A DNA stretch of 64,000 nucleotides from Eledone cirrhosa (taxonomy: Eukaryota). Made by a program: the position numbers and the translations under genes. Below are positions 40,960 to 57,510 of the stretch, piece after piece. Each line of letters starts with the position of its first letter. The first letter of the stretch is position 1. The notes under the pieces are model-generated. The model made no database searches, had not been told where the DNA came from, and saw nothing but the letters and a program-made list of their open reading frames with translations. The DNA is taken from positions 214,396,001 through 214,460,000 of the forward strand of contig OZ024743.1 in assembly GCA_964016885.1 (NCBI GenBank), given 5' to 3'.

Positions 40960-41640
40960 TGTGGCTTCTTCATCATTTGTATGGCATGCTGAAGCTGCTC
41001 CAACATTCATGGTATATACTTTGATTTTTCAACTAGGCCTTTGGTAGGGTTGATCACAGCTACTTGTTCAAGAAACTATCTAACACTGGAGTCTGTGCAA
41101 TCCTACGGTGAATGATGTGTTTCGTCGTGTACAGAGCCCAACATGTTGTGATCGGAGAAATAGCAGACGTCCCACAAGGTGCATTGTTTCGCCCACATCT
41201 CTTTATTATTTACGTCAATAACATTACAAATATCATCCAAAACGGGAATCTTCGTAGATGATTTCGAGCTTCAGAAGGTCATCAATAAAGTAAGAACAAG
41301 AATATGACTTCTTTAGTATTTTTGTGCTTTTATCCTGAGAGATAAATAAAGATATTGTGCTACTAAATGAGTATAAATTGAAGGCTTTGTGCATTTGATT
41401 TCTGCCTACTGGGTCCCCCCAGTTCCTTATATACATAAACGTCATCTCAGTTAATATATTACGATAAAACTATTTCACCTAAACTTGAACTACTCTATTT
41501 AACACCATATAAACATACGACAAAGCAGAAATATACCCCATAAAATTCAAAGAGGCACTGGAGATATTCCTACGAGAAATTCCACTACTCACAGTTACGT
41601 CACCGAAAACATTAACGTTTTATGAATAAGGTCATTGTGT
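40960..41640 (+). mobile_element. Old CR1/L2-group LINE RT fragment
   Basis: Manual translation across frameshifts gives VYFDFS, AFGRVDHSYLFKKL, VPQG..F.PHLFIIYVNNI, FVDDFELQK and KFKEALEIFLREIP. Confidence 0.7.
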
Positions 41641-41764
41641 CCAAAACAATTCCTGATCTGAAAGGCTTACCCAGTTTATACTACCACGATAGACATGCCC
41701 ATGTCCAGTATCTATAAAGTATCTATAAAAAAAAAATATATATATATATATATGTGTGTGTGTG

Positions 41765-44690
<2,926 letters not shown>

Positions 44691-44717
44691 ATAGATATAT
44701 ATATTACATATATATAT

Positions 44718-44852
44718 AGAAATCGCCGTCGAAACGGCTTGAGCTCTGCCGTCGGGGTCATACTTTTTCCTATTTCCCATTCTACTACCCTAAGTATTGA
44801 GTACTCTGGTGCGTTATGGTCCATCTGGTTCCTTACCACATTTCCTTTGTTA
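44718..44852 (+). mobile_element. Truncated pLTR fragment (3' half of a hammerhead), same family as 58992-59100
   Basis: gccgtc-GAAA-cggc-ttgagctct-gccg-TC-gggg, flanked by (TA)n. Confidence 0.7.
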
Positions 44853-44869
44853 TATATATATATATATAT

Positions 44870-46800
44870 TTAGGGTAAGCATAGATGCAATTCGATTCAA
44901 GCACTCAACGTATTTATTCCACATAGGAGTGACGGAGTAAATATCGAATAATGAAAAGCGAATTAGTTTCAGATGATCAAGACCTTTAATAATAATGCTG
45001 TAATGTATATTTCAATGGCGACAGTGGCCACACTGTTCCGTGCGCCAGTGCCGCGACATCGTCAGACAGCTTGTTACATAATAAGGTTATGTTTCCGAGG
45101 CAATCCAAATTGAATTCACATGGGAACGGACGAAGTGTGTGCTCTTGGGTTCTTCATCCGTACCCTTGTGAGTACCAATTCACCCCCACCGGTCTGCGCA
45201 GGTGCAAATCCGAAGGAAGTTGTCCATTAGCTACCCCAGATTTCAACGAAATTCGCCTAGTCAGTTCCCCCTCTCAACCAAACAATGATCTATTCAGGCC
45301 TGTTATATATTGCTTACTGCTAGCAGTCAGCCGAAAGCCAGTGGGGACGGGAGAGTGTGAGTATCAATAGGTCTCAATACTACCCCTCATTAAGCATGGA
45401 CAGTATAATTGACCATCAACCTCTAAGAGAAAAAGATCGGTCGGGTGCCGTGTCGATCGTTCTGTTGTTGAACAAAAGAGGCCGGCGTGAAAAAAAGACG
45501 AGGACAAAGGCGATATAGTAGAGAAGAGAGGAACCAGCCACCAGCTACACCCGGAAATTCCCTCTACCATGGGGATGGAAACCCCTGATACTGGACGGAC
45601 ATAAAAATAATTTTTAATAAATACGCGGAAACAAAAACATCGATAAACCCCTATTTTCCTGCACCAAATTGCATTTGAACAGAAGCCCCCTCAATCCAAT
45701 CTACATATGGACAAATTGACATTCGTATTAATCATCTATCTCCTATCTCATTTTGCAGATATGTACTGTATGTGTTTTTTTGCATTTATTGAATATTTTT
45801 TGTGAGTTTTTTTTCTTTTGTGTATTTATATCTGTGTTTTTTTAGTTTTGTTCCATGTGATGGAAATTCTAACTATGTACCCGCCTAACTACTGCCTTTC
45901 ATAGTGTAATTTACCCTCCGTTCTACTGTACGGTACTATCGTTCAGTATGTAGATAATATAACTGTAACATTAATACCCCTTTCAAATCTTCTTACTTAA
46001 ACATCTCCCTACGTAGTAGATAGTATAGGTGCATATTTTTTTTACTCACCTCAATCTAGATTCTCACTTGTAAATTTTTTAATTTTTAATTATTAATTTT
46101 TAATTTTTAATTTTTAATATTTGATTTCTGATTTTCGATTTTTAATTTTTAATTTTTAATTTTTAATTTTTAATTTTTAATTTTTAATTTTTAATTTTTA
46201 ATTTATAATTTTTAATTTTTAGTTCTAATTTCGAACTCTCATTCATAACTTCCACTGTGAAACCATTATACATAGAATTAAGTATATTTTCTCTTAGAGG
46301 TTGATGGTCAATTATACTGTCCATGCTTAATGAGGGGTAGTATTGAGACCTATTGATAGTCACACTTTTCCATCGCGACTGGCTTTCGGCTGACTGACAC
46401 AGACGGGGTGGTTAGCAGTAAGCTATATATAACAGGCCTGAATGCATCATTGTTTGGTTGAGAGGGGGAACTGACTAGGCGAATTTCGTTGAAATCTGCG
46501 GCAGCTAATGGTCAACTTCCTTCGGACTTGCACCTGCGCAGACCGGTGGGGGTGAATTGGTACTCACAAGGGTACGGATGAAGAACCCAAGAGCACACAC
46601 TTCGTCCGTTCCTATGTCGATTCAATTTGGTTTGCCTCGGAAATATAACCTTATTATGTAACAAGCTGTCTGACGATGTCGCGGCACTGGCGCAAGGAAC
46701 AGTTTGGCTAGTGTCGCCTTTGAAATATATATCACAGCATTATTATTAAAGGACTTGAAGATCTGAAACCACTTCGCTTTTCCTTATTCTCTATTTCTCT
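44870..46800. mobile_element. Inverted pLTR-like pair (~490-bp arms, 44945-45433 and 46287-46793) with hammerheads and an internal (TTTTTAA)n at 46074-46222
   Basis: The arms are diverged reverse complements. Plus-strand motif at 46665-46738: gcugu-CUGACGA-...-GAAA-uauau-AUC-acagc (stem II imperfect). Minus copy at 44997-45070. Confidence 0.78.
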
Positions 46801-46809
46801 CTATATATA

Positions 46810-47530
46810 CAAATAAAATACAAATATAATATAGAGTTATTAACTCATATAGATACCCTGCAATGAACAAGCTCAAATATAAATACTGAGCATTATAATA
46901 TTAATATGTGTATAAGTAAACACAGTAAACCCATGTCTAAAATTATGAGGGTAGATTACATCACAAATGTTATATATCATTCAACCCGAATCATATGGGA
47001 TGTTACAAGATTTCTTACAAGATTTCTCATACATACCATATCAAAACCATTTCCTCTCCAGGACAGACTAAAGATTTAATCTGTTTCGCCCTGAATCAAT
47101 CGTGTTTGTAACAAGTAATACGTGGTCATTTCCTCAGCGAGAGATAACAATAAACTCACTAAAGTTTACACCTCGTGCGTTGAAAGTCATATGCGGTGCG
47201 AGTGGTTATGCTAGAAATAATAGCCTATTTACACTCATTTTTATAAAGTCAACAGATAAGGAGCCGAATATAAATAAAATATAGAGTTATTAACTCATAT
47301 AGATACCCTGCAATTAACAAGCTCAAAGTATAAATACTGAGCATTATAATATTAATATGTGTAGAAGTAAATACAGTAAACCCATGTCTAAAATTACGAG
47401 AAATCTTGTAAGAAATCTTGTAACATCTCATATGATTCGGTTTGAATGATATATAACATTTGTGGTGTAATCTACCCTCCTCTTAATTTTAGACATGTGT
47501 TTACTGTGTTTACTTCTACACATATTAATA
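46810..47530. repeat. Partial tandem (~450-bp period) plus inverted repeat, TA-flanked
   Basis: 46822-46950 recurs at ~47273-47398, and 47398-47530 is the reverse complement of ~46895-47030. No complete hammerhead was resolved. Confidence 0.75.
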
Positions 47531-48580
47531 TATATATATATATCAGTATGTACACGTACATACATATATGTATACAGACGTACAGTAGTATGTATATATA
47601 TATATACATACAAGCACACATATATATATATATGTACGTATGGATTCACCGAACATTTATTATTATGCTTGGTGTGTTTGTAAACAAACATCCCGAATTA
47701 AGCCGAACAGTGTCTAGCAACCATCGTTGCTCATTTGTTCAACACTGACAAAGGAACGCTGTACTAGTTTCAAGCTTATTAGCTATCGTCAGCAACGTAT
47801 ACCTTCCTGCCAGATGGTTGAACGTCTGAAAGTATATACTTTCCTTATGCACATTAACGGCTGAGCAGCCTAATTTGCATATCGAGTGAGTTAATCGGCC
47901 GGGGTACCGAAAACGATAAACGGAAAAGATGAAACGTGAAAAAAAACGTGAACAAAATCAAACGTGAAATAATGTTCGGTGAATCCATACGTACATATAT
48001 ATATATATATATGTGTGCATGTATGTATATATATATATACATACTACTGTACGTCTGTACACATATATGTATGTACGTGTACATACTCATATTTAAGTAA
48101 CAGCCGTACTATGAGTGAGAAATGAAATTTCGTTTCATTTTATCCGTTTATCGTTTTTGGTACCCCGGCCGATTAACTCACTCGATATGCAAATTTGGCT
48201 GCTCAGCCGTTAATATGGATAAGGAAAGTATATACGTTCAGACGTTCGACCATCTGGTAGGAAGGTATACGTTGCTGACGATAGCTAATAAGCTTGAAAC
48301 TAGTACAGCGTTCCTTTGTTAGTGTTGAACAAATGAGCAACGATGGTTGCTAGACACTGTAAGGCTTAATTCGGGATGTTTGTTTACAAACATACCAGGC
48401 ATTATAATAAATGTTCGATGAATCCATACGTACATATATATATGTGTGTGCATATATGTATATAAATATACATACTACTGTACGTCTGTATACATATATG
48501 TAGGAACGTGTACACACTTATATTTAAATAACAGCCGAACTAAGAGTGAGAAATAAAATTTCGTTTCATTTTTTCCGTTT
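47530..48580. mobile_element. Family F inverted pair with two minimal hammerheads (minus 47756-47798; plus 48269-48311)
   Basis: acguug-CUGACGA-uagcu-aaua-agcuu-GAAA-cua-GUA-cagcgu. Stem III is the palindrome acuagu. Orientation switches at ~47968. Confidence 0.85.
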
Positions 48581-48672
48581 ATATATATATATATATTACA
48601 TATATATTTATCACATATATACATATATATATATATATATTACATATATATATTACATATATACATATATAT

Positions 48673-48749
<77 letters not shown>

Positions 48750-48851
48750 CATATATATATATTAAATATATACATATTACATATATACATATATATATAT
48801 TACATATGTATATTGCATATATACATATATACATAAATATATATTACATAT

Positions 48852-48929
<78 letters not shown>

Positions 48930-48963
48930 ATATATATATATATATATATTAATTACATATATT

Positions 48964-49018
<55 letters not shown>

Positions 49019-49020
<2 letters not shown>

Positions 49021-50513
49021 AAAGTTAAGATAAATTAAATGAATTCAAAGATAGGTCCGAGCATTTTATAATAACTAGAAATTGATTAACATATATATGT
49101 ACATGAATAATCACAGGAGATAATTTTTACAAGCGTGTAACCACGCATGGCTAGTTGGGTTACAAATAAATAAAGTTGACTACAACTTCAAAAATATATA
49201 CTTTTAAGTATGATTAATCTTCCCTGTATATATCCCATTAAAGAAATATATTTCACCAATTAATCAGATGGTAAGTCACGGAAAGTGGATATTATTGTAT
49301 TGTCAACAAGGAAGAATAATGTCCAGCGATCCATGCTCACACAGCGAGTTCAAATCCTCATGTGGCCTCACCACGTGTTGTTTGTACACATCACAGCAGC
49401 TTCGTTTCAGTGGCGTGAATAGGTATTCGACAACTAGAAATAGTAATCAAATTCCCTTCAACAGAAATAGCTCTACAATTAAGGAGCCGTATTTATATAT
49501 CTATATCCAAAATTAAGATAAATTAAATGAATTCAATATAAATCGAAATTGTGGGTGTCATGCCTTAACGGCGTGCGTCATATCGCCTGGAAATAAGCTC
49601 AAAGATAGTTCCGAGCATTTTATAATAACTCGAAATTGATTAATATATATATATACATGAATAATCACAGGAGATAATTTTTACAAGCGTGTGACCACGC
49701 ATGGCTTGTTGGGTAACAAATAAATAGAGTTGACTACAACTTCAAAAATATATACCTTTAATATGATTAATCTTCCCTGTATATATCCCATTAAAGAAAT
49801 ATATTTCACCAATTAATCAGATGGTAAGATATATATTTTTGAAGTTGTAGTCAACTTTATTTATTTGTTACCCAACAAGTCATGCGTGGTTACACGCTTG
49901 TAAAAATTATCTCTTGTGATTATTCATGTATATATATATGTTAGTGAATTTATAGTTACTATAAAATGCTCGGACCTATCTTTGATCTTATTTCCAGGCG
50001 ACATGGCGCACGCCGGTATGGCATGACACACACAATTTCGATTTAGATTGAATTCATTTAATTTATCTTAATTTTGGATATAGATATATAAATACGGCTC
50101 CTTAATTGTAGAGCTATTTCTGTTGAAGGGAATTTGACTGCTATTTCTAGTTGTCGAATACCTATTCACGCCACTGAAACGATCTGCTGAAATGTGTAGA
50201 CACAACACGTGGTAGCGGCCAGATGAGGATTTGAACTCGCTGTGTGAGCATGGATCGCTGGACATTATTCTTCCTTGTTGACAATCCAATAATATCCACT
50301 TTCCGTGACATACCATCTGATTAATTGGTGAAATATATTTCTTTAATGGGATATATACAGGGAAGATTCATCATACTTAAAGGTATATATGTTTGAAGTT
50401 GTAGTCAACTTTATTTATTTGTTACCCAACTAGCCATGCGTGGTTGCACATTTGTAAAAATTATTTCCTGTGATTATTCATGTATATATATATGTTAATC
50501 AATTTCTAGTTAT
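49019..50513. mobile_element. ~555-bp unit: ~1.4 tandem copies followed by ~1.2 inverted copies, TA-flanked
   Basis: 49046-49273 recurs at 49600-49827, with an inversion at ~49828. A possible degenerate U3-A8 hammerhead lies at 50273-50349 (UUGACAA-uccaau...auuggu-GAAA). Confidence 0.8.
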
Positions 50514-50562
50514 TATATATATATAAATATATATATAAGATACATACATATATATATATACG

Positions 50563-50708
<146 letters not shown>

Positions 50709-50824
50709 ATAAGTTGTAATATAATGAAACGAAATTTCATTTCTCACTATTAATACGGCACTTACTTAAATGTAAGTATGTATGTATACGTACATACTTA
50801 TATGTATACAGACGTACAGTAGCA

Positions 50825-50876
<52 letters not shown>

Positions 50877-50939
50877 CAGGTACACATATATATATGTACG
50901 TATCAGCTTAGCGGACGTTTATTATAACGCCCGCTTTGT

Positions 50940-51008
<69 letters not shown>

Positions 51009-51472
51009 AACAAGGTTTAGCAAATAATGAAAAAGTTTCAAAATAAATTTTAAAAAATTGACTTTACTTACTATAGTTACCTTTACCGATCGGTTTCGAA
51101 TCCCAAAAATAAAACGGAGACCATTCATTATTTGCTAAACCTTGTTTATATTTGTTCTGGCTCGTTAATTTATTAACCCGCCATTGAACCACACTGGCAT
51201 TTGGTTGGACAATACATGCGTACCTTGGCGCCTTGTGCGTGAAGGAACGTATTTCCTATTACTACTACCTCCACTAATGTTGAGAACAAAATTGGTCATT
51301 CTGACTGCTGCTAGCAATAGCTGTGGCTAGTTTGACCTACCTCCTTTTGCCTCTATCTTTGCTACGGCCCTTGATAAACCTGTTTCTTCATCCACTCTCA
51401 TCCCAGGAACAGTTTTGATAGCGCTAGTTTGTGATTTAAATTCAGGAATTTTATATTCTTTGAATGAAAAGA

Positions 51473-51556
51473 ACCTTCTGACGAGAATCTTTCTTTGCAA
51501 CGAAGGCCGTATGGTCTCCGTTTTATTTTTGGGATTCGAAACCGATCGGTAAAGGT
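51473..51556 (+). ncRNA. Type I hammerhead ribozyme, canonical core
   Basis: accuu-CUGACGA-gaauc...gauuc-GAAA-ccgaucg-GUA-aaggu. Stem III is the palindrome accgaucggu. Confidence 0.88.
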
Positions 51557-51952
51557 AACTATAGTAGGCAAAGTCAATTTTTTAAAATTTATTTTGAAAC
51601 TTTTTCATTATTTGCTAAACCTTGTTTATAGTTGTTCTGGCTCGTTAATTTATTAACCCGCCATTGAACCACACTGGCATTTGGTTGGACAATACATGCG
51701 TACCTTGGCGCCTTGTGCGTGAAGGAACGTATTTCCTATTACTACTACCTCCACTAATGTTGAGAACAAAATTGGTCATTCTGACTGCTGCTAGCAATAG
51801 CTGTGGCTAGTTTGACCTACCTCCTTTTGCCTCTATCTTTGCTACGGCCCTTGATAAACCTGTTTCTTCATCCACTCTCATCCCAGGAACAGTTTTGAAA
51901 GCGCTAGTTTGTGATTTAAATTCAGGAATTTTATATTCTTTGAATGAAAAGA

Positions 51953-52036
51953 ACCTTCTGACGAGAATCTTTCTTTGCAACGAAGGCCGTATGGTCTCCG
52001 TTTTATTTTTGGGATTCGAAACCGATCGGTAAAGGT
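51953..52036 (+). ncRNA. Type I hammerhead ribozyme, canonical core (second copy)
   Basis: Identical to 51473-51556. Confidence 0.88.
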
Positions 52037-52221
52037 AACTATAGTAGGCAAAGTCAATTTTTTAAAATTTATTTTGAAACTTTTTCATTATTTGCTAAAC
52101 CTTGTTTATATTTGTTCTGGCTCGTTAATTTATTAACCCGCCATTGAACCACACTGGCATTTGGTTGGACAATACATGCGTACCTTGGCGCCTTGTGCGT
52201 GAAGGAACGTATTTCCTATTA

Positions 52222-52265
<44 letters not shown>

Positions 52266-52276
52266 CATACATATAT

Positions 52277-52450
52277 AACCAAGGAATTGATGTAGGGAAC
52301 CAGATCGACCATAACGCACCAGAGTACTCAATACTTAGGGTAGTAGAGTGGTAAATAGCAAAAGGTATGACCCCGACGGCAGGACTCAAACCGTTTCGAC
52401 AGAAATAGCCGTTGAAACGGCCTGAGCTGTGCCGTCGGGGTGATACTTTT
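52277..52450. mobile_element. Inverted pair of truncated pLTR fragments (family of 44718 and 59046)
   Basis: 52277-52400 is a reverse-complement homologue of 44730-44852. 52401-52450 is a forward agaaatagccgttgaaacggc...gccgtcgggg. Confidence 0.75.
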
Positions 52451-52451
52451 T

Positions 52452-52469
<18 letters not shown>

Positions 52470-52488
<19 letters not shown>

Positions 52489-54606
52489 ATAGTTTTGCGA
52501 CGTTTTTGATATGAAATAGTGTGTCGAAACAAATATTGCTATACTTGGGGAGGGTCATATTTGTGTAATAATATTGCCAGAATTAATAACAGAACACACT
52601 CACTGTTTGGTTGGTTTTCGCTTCTGTGTCTTTTATATCGGTTAATTTAATTTATTCGGTCCTCGATGTTGCCATTGACTGACCAACGATCAAAAATACA
52701 GATACAATATAGACACAAACACATATATATAGTCTATCAAAATTCTTTCGCTGCACGTCTGCAACATCGTCAGTGGTGCTATTATGTTTCCTCCCGTTGC
52801 AATCTATGCCTACGCCATCTTTTTTTAGTCTGTTTATTTATTTATTTGTTTATTTTTTCTCTTCTCTGCGTATGCGTTTGCGTGTATGTATAGTGTTTTG
52901 TTTGATGTGTGTTCTTGTTTGGGTGACTGTGTATTGGTTAATATATTCTAGCTTAGTTTACTAGTGTGTGTTTATATGTGTTTGTTGTTATTGTGCTTGT
53001 TTATTTATTTATTTATTTATTTATACTTCTCTTAGATCAGTGTTGTTTGTTTGGGTATTGTTGTTAATCCATTCATTTTTTTTCTGTTTAGTTTTGGCCT
53101 TCTAATTTCTATTTCGTTCGGCTCTCTGATTTGCCTATCTGCTGGGTCATTTCTATGTTTAGATATTATTCTAACTTCTATGTTGCCTATCTTACCGTTG
53201 TGTTGTTTTCTGGCATGTTCGTATAGTACTGAACCATTTCTCCGTCCTTTTAGTTCCCCCAAGTGTTGGTCTATCCTTTTACCTATGCTACGAGCTGTCT
53301 CGCCTATGTATGTTATTGTCATGTTTCTGCAAGTACCCTCTGTACATCTTATGCTATAGACTACGTCTCTAGTTTTACAGTTTATCCGGGGATTACTCTA
53401 CATATGATACATTTCCTATTAGTACGGTGGGTTTTTTTGAAAAGGCAGGTTTTGCTGATCAGGGATTTTATGGTGTTCCTGGCTTTTCTACCACCTTAAA
53501 CTTTAAGTGGATCTTTCTCAGGGCCTTTCTACACTGGTTAGCTAATTTCCCTCCAGGGGTAGCGTCCACAAACATGACACTCTGGTATCTCTGGTTGTCG
53601 TACCATGAGGTGGCTTTCCCTGTCTTATGTCTAGTCCTGTCTAAGCTGTTCCATGATTTGCTACTGTATAATGGGTAAATTCCTTTCATGTCCAGTTCTA
53701 TGAGGGTCTTATACTTCTCCGTGGCTCCTTGGTATACTCTGATTCTGTTTCTTTGGTTGTAGCCAGAGAACTGCATGCGGTTGATGAAGTGTTCGGTGTG
53801 CTTTTCTGTTGGGTCGCAAATGCGGGACACATTCTTCATCACTCGTACCATGTCTGCGATCAGAATAGTAAACTTAGCACTACTGGACATTGCTGAGATT
53901 TTGAGTATCAGGTATTTGGAGGCCATGGGTTTAGCATAGTGTGAGTGGAGAATTTGGGCTCTCTCGACTATAGTGTTAATCCAGAGTTCCGTGTCTAATA
54001 CAGGTTGTCTATTGTTAGGGTGTTTGGAAGGGTAGTCGATAGTTACAGTTATACTCTGGTGTATTGAATTAGCTATCTGCTGGATGCTTTCCATTGTGCT
54101 ACGTTCTAAATCAAACTTGTTAGTGCTCTCTTGTGGGGATGTCCTTATTTCTATATTGATGTCGTCTACGTAACGAGAGTACATGATGAGGTCCATGGAG
54201 CTCTCATCAAGGAGATATTTAAGTCTCCTTTCCCACCATACCATAAAAGGTTGGCAACGTCACCAGCTTTGCTGACGCCAATGGCTGCTCCCTCATTTTG
54301 GGTGTAGATCTTCTCGTTGAACTTGAATATGTGGCCCTTTAGGATAGTTTTGATACTAGCCCCTATTGCATGTGCGACCATTTTTCTTACCTGATCAATG
54401 CTTTGGGGGGTCCGTATAGGATTGGTCCACCCAATCCACCTTCCCATGGAAGTCTTTTTTGCCATTGAGGATATGGTGGGGTGTCTACCTCTTATGGGTC
54501 TACTGGGGCAGAAACGTTAAGGTCATGGCTGTCTATGTAGACAATGTCGTAGGTAAGTCTAAGTAGGAGGCCCAGTTCGTCTGTGTCGACGTCGCAGAAC
54601 TCCACC
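52470..54606 (-). mobile_element. 5'-truncated Penelope-like element with RT and a C-terminal GIY-YIG endonuclease (canonical type, clade unassigned)
   Basis: FKFNEKIYTQNEGAAIG..AG.VANL, YSRYVDDI, PVLDTELW, HYAKPMAS; EN VVY.I.C...C..YIGETARS..KRIDQH...LYEHARKQH...RQIRE. TA-flanked. A degenerate hammerhead-like motif lies on the minus strand at 52732-52777. Confidence 0.88.
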
Positions 54607-54658
54607 TCATATATGTATATGTATACGTATATATGTATATATATGTATATATATATAT

Positions 54659-55234
54659 GTCAGGTCACCAGTTGGTGCTACTGGTAACATGTATCCCAGT
54701 ACAACCTGTCTTATGGTCGGGTCGTTGGCGCTGAACTGGCAACCCCACCAAGGTTTCTTGGTGAGAAGGGTGGCTTTGGAATCCTGCAGGACTAAAAACA
54801 AAACCTGTCAAAGTACAAAGGAGCTCTTAAGAGTCAATGGCCATCCAAAATCACCGGGAGAGATGACCCCTTAGCCTTTGTCAAGGCAGAATTCTAGGAG
54901 AAGGAAAACTCTGATATAACACCTGCAACCCTAATGGTATCCAATGGTGTTGACTTGTTCTTCTTTTTGGTAAATATCATCTTGGTTAAGAGAGTGGGAC
55001 TGGCTTGTGCAGTGACTTTGCTCACGATAAAAGCTTCACGGCACAGGCACTGCTTTATATCTGGAGATCTCTGCACTTGTCGTCACATGGTACCATGGTC
55101 CCAGCATTATGTGTCAATAATTGTCACAAGTGTAGTGTTTGAACCAGAGTTTTCACGTCGCTGGCTGGACTACAAAGTCACACTCGTACAGCGCATCGGT
55201 AGTGGCCGTACTCGAAAACGAGTTGGCAGCCATC

Positions 55235-55267
<33 letters not shown>

Positions 55268-55421
55268 TATGATGGTTTTGTTTTTAGTCCTGCAGGATTC
55301 CAAAGCCACCCTTCTCACCAAGAAACCTTGGTGGGGTTGCCAGTTCAGTCGCCAACGACCCGACCATAAGACAGGTTGTTCTGGGATACATGCTACCAGT
55401 AGCACCAACTGGTGACCTGAC
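54659..55421. repeat. TA-flanked element with ~148-bp inverted ends (54659-54806 and 55273-55421)
   Basis: gtcaggtcaccagttggtgc...ctaaaaacaaaacc is mirrored almost exactly. Confidence 0.85.
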
Positions 55422-56080
55422 ATATATATATATATATGGGTGAACCAATCAAATCACGTTTATTAAAAAAAGCCTTCGTGAGCCACCTTTTTTTAAAGTA
55501 AAGAAATTCAAACACACACACACACACACACACGCACACACACACACACACACAAGCAAACAAATAAACACACATATCTTTACTTTCTTTATTCAATAGA
55601 AAATCTGAATTCTGACACCCCAGCGAACTAACCATATTCACTGAACCAGAACAATTCTCCCATCCCTTTCTCTTGACCATTATCTTTCACTTATCAAAAA
55701 ATTTCTCTAAAAAAAGGCTACAGAATGGATTTCCAAATAAGGGCACAACAATTTAATGAAAATTTGCTCACGTGACAGCCATAATTTCATTTAAAAAAAC
55801 CAAAAAAAAAAAAAAAAAATCCTTCGTGAGCCTCCTTTTTTCAAGTAAAAAGAAATTCAGACACTCATATATGAAAAAACAACCTGCGACAACCCCCCCC
55901 CTCTTATTTGAAGAACTATTGTAACGCGAACTGGCGCGAAATTTATTATAATTATTGACAAACCAATCAAATTACTTCTCGAAAAACCTGGCATTTCGAG
56001 CCACTTTTTCCATATAAAACAAGTAACATTCAGAGACCAACCAGATGTCAGAAAAACCACAGACCCTCCATCTCAACTCA

Positions 56081-56118
56081 CCTTTTGAAAAGCAGAAGAA
56101 CTGCGAAACCGGTAAAGG
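56081..56118 (+). ncRNA. 38-nt minimal hammerhead ribozyme with a U3-A8 core, inside the TA-flanked unit 55438-56270
   Basis: ccuu-UUGAAAA-gcag-aagaa-cugc-GAAA-ccg-GUA-aagg. Stems I and II are perfect, and stem III is the palindrome accggu. Confidence 0.82.
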
Positions 56119-56290
56119 AACCAAATAAATATATATATTTTAAAAAAAATAAGACTGCAGTTGCATTTTCGATTTCATCTCTTTTTCTTTATACTTTCAC
56201 TCGTGTAGGACACCTCGGATATTTTTCATTTTGTAAAAAAAAAAAAAAAAAAAAAAACCTAACTTTCTAATATATATATATATATATATA

Positions 56291-57510
56291 AAATTCAAAC
56301 GGATATATGTATATAATTAGACATAGTCACAGTTACATATATGAGATTGGCTACTTTCACGGTGTGGCTCAATGAAGAATTAATTAAGCAAATAATCATT
56401 AATCAGAGCTATATATATTAAATTGCAATTTTGAAGAATTATTAGATAAACTATATACAGTATTTCCTCACCCTAGTCCGTATAAATCAACCACATAAAT
56501 AGTCATTTAAACGAGGTTATAAGTTTAAAATATAACTATGAAGAAATAATAGACAAATGATACAGACTATCTTCCGCGAGGGATAGCCATACCTAGTTAT
56601 TTCTTTTAGCCCGTAGAAATTGACTAGACAAATAATCAACTACACGGAGTTAGGTATAAAATAGAAGTTTGAAGAAAAAATGCATATAAACTTTACCAAA
56701 ATACCTCTAGTCTCGACTACCGGAACTTTCGTTCTTTTAAGCGGATATATCCACGATCTTGGATTTATCCACGAGGCTCGGAACTCATCAAGAGACGCCC
56801 TCAGTCTGGACTAAAGTTTCTACCATGATCCCCGCCAGAAATGAATTAAAAAATGGCTAAGAACTATGAGGTGGCTAGCGGTCAAGGCAGAAATTTGTGA
56901 TTGGTTGCCTGTCGGCGGGTAGGCCGGTTGCTAGAAAGCGCAGCCAGATATTGCCCAAAACTTTACTCTACCTTACGGGAGTATATATTAAATTCAAAGG
57001 GATATATGTATATGATTAGATGTAGTCACTGATACATATATGAGTTTGGCTACCTTTCAGGGTGTGGCTCAATGAAGAATTAATTAAGCAAATAATCATT
57101 AATCAGAGCTATATAAAAATTGCAAGTTTGAAGAATTATTAGATGAAATATATACAGTATTTCCTCTCCCTAGTGGGTAGAAATCAACCACATAAATAAT
57201 CATTAAAATAAGGCTATATGTTTAAAATATAACTATATGCATTTTTCTTCAAACTTCTATTTTATACCTAACTCCGTGTAGTTGATTATTTATCTAGTCA
57301 ATTTCTACGGGCTAAAAGAATTAACTAGGTAAATTTTATCTGGCTGTCCCTCGTGGAAGATAGTCTGTATCATTTGTCTATTATTTATTCATAGTTAAAT
57401 TTTAAACGTATAGCCTTGTTTAAAGGATTATTTATGTGGTTGATTTATACGGACTAGGGAGAGGAAATACTGTATATATTTTATCTAATTATTCTTCAAA
57501 CTTGCAATTA
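56291..57510. mobile_element. ~700-bp tandem plus inverted repeat with a hammerhead (minus 56710-56796, U3.G8 core)
   Basis: 56291-56540 recurs at 56990-57237, and 57235-57510 is inverted. Motif gucuc-UUGAUGA-guuc...gaac-GAAA-guuccggua-GUC-gagac (stem III degenerate). Confidence 0.78.

Larger units (their letters stand above)
51005..52224 (+). mobile_element. 480-bp tandem repeat (~2.3 near-identical units) preceded by a 120-bp inverted piece; retrozyme/pLTR-like
   Basis: Period of exactly 480 (51125/51605/52085). 51005-51124 is the reverse complement of 51511-51630. (TA)n on both sides. Confidence 0.9.
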
